From NCBI RefSeq assembly GCF_009914755.1, contig NC_060933.1: DNA of 64,000 nt; one strand, given 5' to 3'. Under the pieces are notes generated by a model. That model saw only the letters and a list, made by a program, of their open reading frames with translations. It did no database searches and was not told the DNA's origin. The stretch is from the human T2T-CHM13v2.0 reference genome, Homo sapiens. Position 1 is the stretch's first letter. Each line of letters starts with the position of its first letter. Positions 43,801 to 56,000 of this stretch are shown here, piece after piece. The position numbers and the translations under genes are program-made.

Positions 43801-45476
43801 CCTTCCATTCCATTCCATTCCCCTGCACTCGGGTTGATTCCATTCCATTCCATTCCATCCCATTCCATTCCATTCCATTCCATTCCATTTCGTTCCATTC
43901 CATTCTATTCCGTACCATTCCATTCCATTCCATTCCATTCCCTTCCATTCCATTCCATTTCCTTCCATTCCATTCCATTCCATTCCATTCCATTCCATTC
44001 CATTCCATTCTATTAGGGTTAATTCCATTCCATTCCATTCCATTCCATGCCATTCCACTCGGGTTGATTCCATTCCTTTCCATTCCATTCGAGTTGAATC
44101 CATTCCATTCCATTCCATTCCATTCCATTCCATTGCACACGGGTTCATTTCATTCCATTCCATTCCATTCCATTTCGTTCCATTCCATTCTATTCCATAA
44201 CATTCCATTCCATTCCATTCCATTAGACTCCATTCCATGCCATTCCACTCGGTTTTATTCCATTCGTTTCCATTCCATTCGGGTTGAATCCATTGCATTC
44301 CATTCCATTCGATTCCATTACATTGCACTCGTGTTGTTTCCATTCCATTCCATTCCATTCCATTCCATTCCATTCCATTCCATTCCATTCCATTTCGTTC
44401 CATTCCATTCTATTCGGTACCATTCCATTCCATTCCATTCGGTACCATTCCATTCCATTCCAATCCATTCCATTCCATGCCATTCCACTTGGGTTGATTC
44501 CCTTCCTTTCCATTCCATTCGGGTTGAATCCATTCCATTCCATTCCATTCCATTCCATTCCATTCCATTCCTTTCAATTCCATTACACACGGGTTGGTTC
44601 CATTCCATTCCTTTCCGTTCCATTCCGGATGACTCCATTTCATTGCATTCCATTCCATTCCATTCCCCTGCACTCGGGTTCATTACCTTCCATTCCATTT
44701 ACTTCCATTCCATTCCATTCCATTCTATTCGGGTTAATTCCATTCCATTCCATTCCATTCCATTCCATTCCATTCCATTCCATTCCATTCCATTCCATTG
44801 CAATCGAGTTGATTCCATTCCATTCCATTCAATTCCGGATGATTCCATTCCATTGCCTTCAATTCCATTCCATTCCCCTGCACTCGGGTTGATTCCATTC
44901 CATTCCATTCCATTCCATTCCATTCCATTCCATTTCATTCCATTCCATTTCGTTCCTTTCCATTCTATTCCGTACCATTCCATTCCATTCCATTCCATGC
45001 CATTCCACTCGGGTTGATTCCATTCCTTTCCATTCCATTCGAGTTGAATCCATTCCAATCCATTCCATTCCATTCGATTCCATTCCATTGCACACGGGTT
45101 CATTCCATTCTATTCCATTCCATTCCATTCCATTCCATTCCATTTCGTTCCATTCCATTCTATTCCGTACCATTCCATTCCATTCCATTCCATTCCATTC
45201 CACTCCACTTCATGCCATTCCACTCGGGTTTATTCCATTCCTTTCCATTCCATTCGGGTTGAATCCATTCCATTCCATTCCATTCCATTCGATTCCATTA
45301 CTTTGCACTCGGGTTGATTCCATTCCATTCCATTCCATTCCATTCCACTCCATTCCATGCCATTCCACGCGGGTTTATTCCATTCCTTTCCATTCCATTC
45401 GTGTTGAATCCATTCCATTCCATTCCATTCCATTCGATTCCATTACACTGCACTCGTGTTGATTCCATTCCATTCC
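40897..45476 (+). repeat. Higher-order repeat A, copy 5 (internally deleted, 3'-truncated)
   Basis: A landmarks at ~41175, ~41510, ~42473, ~43780 and ~44223. Follows copy 1 up to TTACACTGCACTCGTGTTGATTCC (~45443-45466, equivalent to ~5101-5124), then diverges. Confidence 0.88.
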
Positions 45477-47026
45477 GTTCCATTCCATTCCATTCCATTC
45501 CATTTCATTCCATTCCATTCTATTCTGTACCATTCCATTCCATTCCATTCCATTCCATTCCATTCCATGCCATTCCACTCGGGTTGATTCCATTGCTTTC
45601 CATTCCATTTGAGTTGAATCCAATCCATTCCATTCCATTCCATTCCATTCCATTCCATTCCATTCCATTCCATTGCACTATGTTTGATTCCATTCCACTG
45701 CATTCCATTCCATTCCCTTCCGTTCCATTCCATTCCATTACATTCGGATTGATTGTATTCAATTCCCTTACACTCCATTACATTCCATTCCATTCTGGTT
45801 GTTTCCATTCCATTACATTCCATTCCACTCCATTCCATTGCACTCAGGTTGATTCCATTCCATTCCATTCCATTCCATTCCATTTCGTTCCATTCCATTC
45901 TATTCCGTACCATTCCATTCCATTCCATTCCATTCCATTCCATGCGATTCCACTCAGGTTTATTCCATTCCTTTCCATTCCATTCGGGTTGAATCCATTC
46001 CATTCCATTCCATTCCATTCCATTCCATTCCTTTGCACTCGGGTTGATTCCATTCCATTCCCTGCCATTCCATTTCATTCCATTCCATTCCATTCCATTC
46101 CATTCCATTCCATTCCATTCCTCTGCATTCTATTGCACTCGGGTTGATTGATTCCATTCCATTGCATTCCATTCCATTCCATTCGATTCCATTCCATTCT
46201 GTTCAGGTTAATTCCATTCCATTCCATTCCCTTCCATTCCATTCCATTCCATTCCATCCCATTGCAATCGAGGTGATTCCATTGCATTCCATTCCATTCC
46301 ATTCCATTGCATTCCATTCCATTGCATTCCCCTGCACTCAGATTGATTCCATTCCATTCCTTTCCATTCCATTCCGTTCCATTCCTTTCCATTCCATTCT
46401 ATTTGCGTTAATTCCGTTCCATTCCATTCCATTACATTCCTTTGCAATCGAGTTGATTCCATTCCATTCCGTTCCATTCCATTCCATTCCATTCCATTCC
46501 ATTCCATTCCATTCCATGCCATTCCACTCGGGTTGATTCCATTCCTTTCCATTCCATTCGAGTTGAATCCATTCCATTCCATTCTATTCCATTCGATTCC
46601 ATTCCATTGCTCACGTGTTCATTCCATTCCATTCCATTCCATTCCATTCCATTCCATTCCATTCCATTCCATTCCATTTCGTTCCATTCCATTCTCTTCC
46701 GTAGTATTCCATTCCATTCCATTCCACTCCATTCCATGCCATTTCACTCGGGTTTATTCCATTCCTTTCCATTCCATTCGGGTTGAATTCATTCCATTCC
46801 ATTCCATTCCATTCCATTCAATTCCATTACATTGCACTCGGGTTGATTCCATTCCATTCCATTCCATTTCAATCCATTCCCTTCCATTCCATTTCTTTCC
46901 ATTCCATTCCATTCCATTCCATTCCATTCCATTCCATGCCATTCCACTCGGGTTGATTCCATTCCTTTCCATTCCATTCTAGTTGAACCCATTCCATTCC
47001 ATTCCATTCCATTCCATTGCACACGG
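45477..47026 (+). repeat. Junction-proximal segment made of inverted copies of right-arm-type HSat3
   Basis: CATTCTCTTCCGTAGTATTC (46690-46709) is the exact reverse complement of 56381-56400. ATTCCCTGCC, CTTTGCACTC and CACTCAGGTTTATT match the reverse complement of 54670-54790. Confidence 0.82.
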
Positions 47027-47043
47027 AATGGAATGGAATGGAA
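47002..47043. other. Inversion breakpoint / fold-back inverted repeat
   Basis: ...TTCCATTCCATTCCATTGC-ACAC-GGAATGGAATGGAATGGAA...: 47002-47018 pairs perfectly with 47027-47043 (17 bp). Confidence 0.93.
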
Positions 47044-50000
47044 ACAACCCGAATGGAATGGAATGTAATGGAGTGTAAGGGAATTGAATACAATCAATCC
47101 GAATGTAATGGAATGGAATGGAACGGAATGGAATGGAATGGAATGCAGTGGAATGGAATCAAACCTAGTGCAATGGAATGGAATGGAATGGAATGGAATG
47201 GAAGGGATTGGATTCAACCCAAATGGAATGGAAAGCAATGGAATCAACCCGAGTGGAATGGCACGGAATGGAATGGAATGGAATGGAATGGAATGGAATG
47301 GTACAGAATAGAATGGAATGGAACGAAATGGAATGGAATGGAATGGAATGGAACGGAATGGAATGGAATCAACTCGATTGCAATGGAATGTAATGTAATG
47401 GAATGGAATGGAATTAACGCGAATAGAATGGAATGGAATGTAATGGAACGGAATGGAATGGAATGGGATGGAATGGAATCAATCTGAGTGCAGGGGAATG
47501 GAATGGAATGGAATGCAATGGAATGGAATGCAATGGAATGGAATGCAATGGAATCAACTAGATTGCAATGGGATGGAATGGAATGGAATGGAATGGAAGG
47601 CAATGGAATGGAATGGAATTAACCTGAACAGAATGGAATGGAATGGAATGGAACGGAATGGAATGGAATGGAATGGAATGGAATGGAATGGATTCAAACC
47701 GAATGGAATGGAAAGGAATGGAATAAACCCGAGTGAAATGGCTTGGAAGGGAATGGAATGGAATGGAATGGTACGGAGTAGAATGGAATGGAACGAAATG
47801 GAATGGAATGGAATGGAATGGAATGGAATGGAATGGAATGGAATGAACCCGTGAGCAATGGAATGGAATGGAATGGAATGGAATGGAATGGAATGGAAGG
47901 GAATGGAATGGGTTCAATTCGAATGGAATGGAAAGGAATGGAATCAACCCGAGTGCAATGGCATGGAATGGAATGGAATGGAATGGAATGGAATGGATTC
48001 AACCCGAATGGAATGGAAAGGAATGGAATAAACCCGAGTGGAATGGCATGGAATGGAGTGGAATGGAATGGAATGGAATGGAATGGAATGGAATGGAATG
48101 GAATTAACCCTAATAGAATGGAATGGAATGGAATGGAATGGAATGGAATGGAATGGAATGGAAGGGAATGGAATGGAATGGAATGGAATGGAATTAACAC
48201 GAATAGAATGGAATGGAATGGAATGGAATGGAATGGAATGGAATCAACTCGATTTCATTGGAATGGAATGGAATGGAATGGAATGGAATGGAAGGGAATG
48301 GAATGAAATTAACCCGAATAGAATGGAATGGAATGGAATGGAATGGAATGGAATGGAATGGAATGGAATAGAATGGAATCCAACCGAGTGCAGTGGAATG
48401 GAATGGAATGGAATGCAATGGAATGGAATCATACGGAATGGAATGGAATGGAATGGAATGAAATGGAATGGAATGCAATGGAATGGAATGGAATCAACCC
48501 GATTGCAATGGAATGGAGTGGAATGGAATGGAATGGAATGGAAACAACCCGAATGGAATGGAATGTAATGGAGAGTAAGGGAATTGAATAGAATCAATAC
48601 GAATGTAATGGAATGGAATGGAATGGAATGGAATGCAATGGAATGGAATGGAATGCAATGGAATGGGATCAACCCGAGTGAAATGGAATGGAATCGAAAG
48701 GAATGGAATGGAATGGAATGGTTTCAACCAGAATGGAATGGAAAGGAATGGAATCAACCCGAGTGGAACGGAATGGAGTGGAATGGAATGGAATGGAATG
48801 GAATGGAATGGGTTCAACTCGAATGGAATGGAAAAGAATGGAATCAACCCGAGTGGAATGGCATGGAATGGAATGGAATGGAATGGAATGGAATGGAATG
48901 GATTCAACTCGAATGGAATGGAAGGGAATGGAATAAACTCGAGTGGAATGGCATGGAATGGAGTGGAATGGAATTGAATGGAAGGGAATGGTACGGAATA
49001 GAATGGAATGGAACGAAATGGAATGGAATGGAATGGAATGGAATGGAATGAACCCGTGTGCAATTGAATGGAATCGAATGGAATGGAATGCAATGGAATG
49101 GATTCAACTAGAATGGAATGGAAAGGAATGGAATCAACCCGAGTGGAATGGCATGGCATGGAATGGAATGGAATGGAATGGAAAGGAATGGTACGGAATA
49201 GAATGGAATGGAACGAAATGGAATGGAATGGAATGGAATGGAATGGAATAGAATGGAATGGAATAGAATGGAATCCACCCGATTGCAGGGGAATGGAATG
49301 GAATGGAATGGAATGGAATGGAATGGAATGGAATGGAATGGAATGGATTCAACCCGAATGGAATGGAAAGGAATGGAATCAACCCGAGTGGATTGGCATG
49401 GAATGGAATGGAATGGAATGGAATGGTAGGGAATAGAATGGAATGGAACGAAATGGAATGGAATGGAATGGAATGGAATGGAATGGAATGGAATGGAATG
49501 GAATGGAATCAACCTGAGTGCAATGGAATGGAGTGGAAGGGAATGTAATGGAACGGAAACAACACGAATGTAATGGAATGTAATGGAGTGTAAGGGAATT
49601 GAATACAATCAATCCGAATGTAATGGAATGGAATGGAATGGAATGGAATGGAATGCAATGGAATGGAATGGAATGGAATGGAATGGAATGGAATGGAATA
49701 AAATGGAATGGCAGGGAATGGAATGGAATCAACCCGAGTGCAATGGAATGGAATGGAATGGAATGGAATGGAATGGAATGGAATGGATTCAACCCGAATG
49801 GAATGGAAAGGAATGGAATAAACCCGAGTGGAATGGCATGGAATGGAATGGAATGGAATAGAATGGTACGGAATAGAATGGAATGGAACGAAATGGAATG
49901 GAATGGAATGGAATGGAATGGAATGGAATGGAATGGAATCAACCTGAGTGCAATGGAATGGAATGGAATGGAATGGAATGGAATGGAATGGAAACAACCC

Positions 50001-53000
50001 GAATGGAATGGAATGTAATGGAGTGTAAGGAATTGAATACAATCAATCCGAATGGAATGGAATGTAATGGAGTGTAAGGAATTGAATACAATCAATCCGA
50101 ATGTAATGGAATGGAATGGAACGGAATGGAATGGAATGGAATGCAGTGGAATGGAATCAAACCTAGTGCAATGGAATGGAATGGAATGGAATGGAATGGA
50201 ATGGATTGGATTCAACCCAAATGGAATGGAAAGCAATAGAATCAACCCGAGTGGAATGGCATGGAATGGAATGGAATGGAATGGAATGGAATGGAATGGA
50301 ATGGTACGGAATAGAATGGAATGGAACGAAATGGAATGGAATGGAATGGAATGGAACGGAATGGAATGGAATCAACTCGATTGCAATGGAATGTAATGGA
50401 ATGGAATGGAATTAACGCGAATAGAATGGAATGGAATGGAATGGAACGGAATTGAATGGAATGGGATGGAATGGAATGAATCTGAGTGCAGGGGAATGGA
50501 ATGGAATGGAATGCAATGGAATGGAATGGAATGGAATGGAATGCAATGGAATCAACTCGATTGCAATTGGATGGGATGTAATGGAATGGAATGGAATGGA
50601 AGGGAATGGAATGGAATGGAATTAACCTGAACAGAATGGAATGGAATGGAATGGAACGGAATGGAATGGAAACAACCCGAATGGAATGGAATGTAATGGA
50701 GTGTAAGGGAATTGAATAGAATCAATACGAATGTAATGGAATGGAATGGAACGGAATGGAATGCAATGGAATGGAATGCAATGCAATGGAATGGGATCAA
50801 CCCGAGTGTAATGGAATGGAATCGAAAGGAATGGAATGGAATGGAATGGTTTCAACCCGAATGGAATGGAAAGGAATGGAATCATCCAGAGTGGAATGGA
50901 ATGGAATGGAATGGAATGGAATGGAATGGAATGGAATGAACCCGTGTGCAATGGAATGGAATCGAATGGAATGGAATGGAATGGAATGGATTCAAGTCGA
51001 ATGGAATGGAAAGGAATGGAATCAACCCGAGTGGAATGGCATGGAATGGAATGGAATGAAATGGAATGGAATGGAATGGAATGGTACGGAATAGAACGGA
51101 ATGAAACGAAATGGAATGGAATGGAATGGAATGGAAAGGAATGGAATGGAATCAACCCGAGTGCAGGGGAATGGAATGGAATGGAAGGCAATGGAATGCA
51201 ATCATCCGGAATTGAATGGAATGGAATGGAATGGAATGGAATGGAATGGAATGGAAACAACCCGAATGGAATGGAATGTAATGGAGTGTAAGGAATTGAA
51301 TACAATCAATCCGAATGTAATGGAATGGAATGGAACGGAATGGAATGGAATGGAATGCAGTGGAATGGAATCAAACCTAGTGCAATGGAATGGAATGGAA
51401 TGGAATGGAATGGAATGGATTGGATTCAACCCAAATGGAATGGAAAGCAATAGAATCAACCCGAGTGGAACGGCATGGAATGGAATGGAATGGAATGGAA
51501 TGGAATGGAATGGTACGGAATAGAATGGAATGGAACGAAATGGAATGGAATGGAATGGAATGGAACGGAATGGAATGGAATCAACTCGATTGCAATGGAA
51601 TGTAATGGAATGGAATGGAATTAACGCGAATAGAATGGAATGGAATGGAATGGAACGGAATAGAATGGAATGGGATGGAATGGAATCAATCAGACTGCAG
51701 GGGAATGGAATGGAATGCAATGGAATGGAATGGAATGGAATGGAATGCAATGGAATCAACTCGATTGCAATTGGATGGAATGGAATGGAATGGAATGGAA
51801 TTGAATGGAAGGGAATGGAATGGAATGGAATTAACCTGAAGAGAATGGAATGGAATGGAATGGAACGGAATGGAATGGAATGGAATGGAATGGAATCAAC
51901 CCGATTGCAATGGAATGGAGTGGAATGGAATGGAATGGAATGGAAACAACCCCAATGGAATGGAATGTAATGGAGTGTAAGGGAATTGAATAGAATCAAT
52001 ACGAATGTAATGGAATGGAATGCAACGGAATGGAATGCAATGGAATGGAATGCAATGCAATGGAATGGGATCAACCCGAGTGTAATGGAATGGAAACGAA
52101 AGGAATGGAATGGAATGGAATGCTTTCAACCCGAATGGAATGGAAAGGAATGGAATCATCACGAGTGGAATGGAATGGAATGGAATGGAATGGAATGGAA
52201 TGGAATGGAATGAACCCGTGTGCAATGGAATGGAATCGAATGGAATGGAATGGAATGGAATGGATTCAAGTCGAATGGAATGGAAAGGAATGGAATCAAC
52301 CCGAGTGGAATGGCATGGAATGGAATGGAATGAAATGGAATGGAATGGAATGGAATGGTACGGAATAGAACGGAATGAAACGAAATGGAATGGAATGGAA
52401 TGGAATGGAAAGGAATGGAATGGAATCAACCCGAGTGCAGGGGAATGGAATGGAATGGAAGGCAATGGAATGCAATCATCCGGAATTGAATGGAATGGAA
52501 TGGAATGGAATGGAATCAACTCGATTGCAATGGAATGTAATGGAATGCAATGGAATGGAATTAACCCTAATAGAATGGAATGGAATGGAATGGAAGGGAA
52601 TGGAATGGAATGGAATGGAATGGAATGGAATTAACCGGAATAGAATGCAATGGAATGGAATGGAATGGAATGGAATGGAATGAAATGGAATCAACTCGAT
52701 TTCAATGGAATGGAATGGAATGCAATGGAATGGAATGGAATGGAATGGAATGAAATTAACCCGAATAGAATGGAATGGAATGGAATGGAATGGAATAGAA
52801 TGGAATGGAATAGAGTGGAATGGAATGGAATGGAATATAATGGAATCCACCCGAGTGCAGGGGAATGGAATGGAATGGAATGCAATGGAATGGAATCATA
52901 CGGAATGGAATGGAATGGAATGGAATGGAATCAACCCGATTGCAATGGAATGGAGTGGAATGGAATGGAATGGAATGGAAACAACCCGAATGGAATGGAA

Positions 53001-56000
53001 TGGAATGGAGTGTAAGGGAATTGAATAGAATCAATACGAATGTAATGGAATGGAATGGAGTGTAAGGGAAGTGAATAGAATCAATACGAATGTAATGGAA
53101 TGGAATGGAACGGAATGGAATGCAATGGAATGGAATGGAATCCAATGGAATGGGTTCAACCCGAGTGCAATGGAATGGAATCGAAAGTAATGGAATGGAA
53201 TGGAATGGATTCAACACGAATGGAATGGAAAGGAATGGAATCAACCCGAGTGGAATGGAATTTAATGGAATGGAATGGAATGGAATGCAGTGAAATGGAA
53301 TCAAACCTAGTGCAATGGAATGGAATGGAATGGAATGGAATGGAATGGATTAGATTCAACCCAAATGGAATGGAAAGCAATGGAATCAACCCGAGTGGAA
53401 TGGCATGGCATGGAATGGAATGGAATGGAATGGAATGGAATGGAAAGGTACGGAATAGAATGGAATGGAACGAAATGGAATGGAATGGGATGGAATGGGA
53501 TGGAATGGAATGGAATGGAATAGAATGGAATCCACCCGATTACAGGGGAATGGAATGGAATGGAATGCAATGGAATGGAATGGAATGGATTCAACCCGAA
53601 TGGAATGGAAAGGAAAGGAATAAACCCGAGTGAAATGGCATGGAAGGGAATGGAATGGAATGCAATGGTACGGAGTAGAATGGAATGGAACGAAATGGAA
53701 TGGAATGCAATGGAATGGCATGGAATTGGATGGAATGAACCCGTGAGCAATGGAATAGAATGGAATGGAATGCAATGGAATGGAATGGAATGGGTTCAAC
53801 TCGAATGGAATGGAAAGGAATGGAATCAACCCGAGTGGAATGGCATGGAATGGAATGGAATGGAATGGAATTGAATGGAATGGAATGGATTCAACCCGAA
53901 TGGAATGGATTCAACCCGAATGGAATGGAAAGGAACGGAATAAACCCGAGTGGAATGGCATGGAATGGAGTGGAATGGAATGGAATGGAAGGGAATGGTA
54001 TGGAATAGAATGGAATGGAACGAAATGGAATGGAATGGAATGGAATGGAATGGAATGGAATGGAATGGAATGAACCCGTGTGCAATTGAATGGAATCGAA
54101 TGGAATGGAATGCAATGGAATGGATTCAACTAGAATGGAATGGAAAGGAATGGAATCAACCCGAGTGGAATGGCATGGCATGGAATGGAATGGAATGGAA
54201 TGGAATGGAAAGGTATGGAATAGAATGGAATGGAACGAAATGGAATGGAATGGAATGGAATGAATGGAATGGAATGGAATAGAATGGAATCCACCCGATT
54301 GCAGGGGAATGGAATGGAACGGAATGCAATGGAATGGAATGGAATGGATTCAACCCGAATGGAATGGAAAGGAATGGAATCAACCCGAGTGGAATGGCAT
54401 GGAATGGAATGGAATGGAATGGAATGGTACGGAATAGAATGGAATGGAACGAAATGGAATGGAATGGAATGGAATGGAATGGAATCAACCTGAGTGCAAT
54501 GGAATGGAGTGGAATGGAATGTAATGGAACGGAAACAACCCGAATGGAATGGAATGTAATGGAGTGTAAGGGAATTGAATACAATCAATCCGAATGTAAT
54601 GGAATGGAATGGAACGGAATGGAATGGAATGGAATGGAATGGAATGGAATGGAATGGAATGAAATGGAATGGCAGGGAATGGAATGGAATCAACCCGAGT
54701 GCAAAGGAATGGAATGGAATGGAATGGAATGGAATGGAATGGAATGGATTCAACCCGAATGGAATGGAAAGGAATGTAATAAACCTGAGTGGAATGGCAT
54801 GTAATGGAATGGAATGGAATGGAATGGTACGGAATAGAATGGAATGGAACGAAATGGAATGGAAAGGAATGGAATCAACCTGAGTGCAATGGAATGGAGT
54901 GGAATGGAATGTAATGGAATGGAAACAACCCGAATGGAATGGAATGTAATGGAGTGTAAGGGAATTGAATACAATCAATCCGAATGTAATGGAATGGAAT
55001 GGAACGGAATGGAATGGAATGGAATGCAGTGGAATGGAATCAAACCTAGTGCAATGGAATGGAATGGAATGGAATGGAATGGAATGGAATGGAATGGAAT
55101 GGATTGGATTCAACCCAAATGGAATGGAAAGCAATGGAATCAACCCGAGTGGAATGGCATGGAATGGAATGGAATGGAATGGAATGGAATGGAATGGAAT
55201 GGTACAGAATAAAATGGAATGGAACGAAATGGAATGGAATGGAATGGAATGGAACGCAATGGAATGGAATCAACTCGATTGCAGTGGAATGTAATGGAAT
55301 GGAATGGAATGGAATTAACGCGAATAGAATGGAATGGAATGTAATGGAACGGAATGGAATGGAATGAGATGGAATGGAATCAATCTGAGTGCAGGAGAAT
55401 GGAATGGAATGGAATGCAATGGAATGGAATGGAATGGAATGGAATGGAATGCAATGGAATCAACTAGATTGCAATGGGATGGAATGGAATGGAATGGAAT
55501 GGAAGGGAATGGAATGGAATGGAATTAACCTGAACAGAATGGAATGGAATGGAATGGAACGGAATGGAATGGAATGGAATGGAATGGAATGGAATGCAAT
55601 GCAATGGGATCAACCCGAGAGCAGTGGAATGGAATGGAATGGAATGCAATGGAATGGAATCAATCAACCCGAGTGCAATAGAATGCAGTGGAATGGAATG
55701 GAATGGAATGGAAATTACCCGAATGGAAAGGAATGTAATGGAGTGTAAGGGAATTAAAAAGAATCAATCCGAATGTAATGGAATGGAATGGAACGGAATG
55801 GAATGGAATGGAATGGAATGGAATGGAATGAAATGGAATGGCATGGAATGGAATGGAATCAACCCGAGTTCAATGGATTGGAATCAAATGGAATGGAATG
55901 GAATGGAATGGATTCAACCCGAATGGAATGGAAAGGAATGGAATAAACCCGAGTGAAATGGCATGGAAGGGAAAGGAATGGAATGGAATGGTAAGGAATA

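Larger units (their letters stand above)
1..47022 (+). repeat. HSat3 block with C-rich (CATTC) strand on +
   Basis: + strand reads ttcca/cattc continuously up to ...attccattgcac at 47,011-47,022. Confidence 0.97.

Noticed and set aside
1-47022. CRISPR-like alternation of conserved motifs and variable-length tracts
   Set aside because: The 'spacers' are pentamer runs rather than unique sequence, there are no cas genes, and the context is eukaryotic satellite.
45458-47060. Transposable-element insertion or target-site duplication at the inversion breakpoint
   Set aside because: All bases around the junction are satellite-derived. No Alu/L1/LTR sequence, poly(A) or TSD is visible here or anywhere else in the window.
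46789-47247. ORF crossing the inversion junction (FHSIP repeat fused to MEWNG repeat)
   Set aside because: It is an automatic consequence of the strand switch, with no evidence of coding function.
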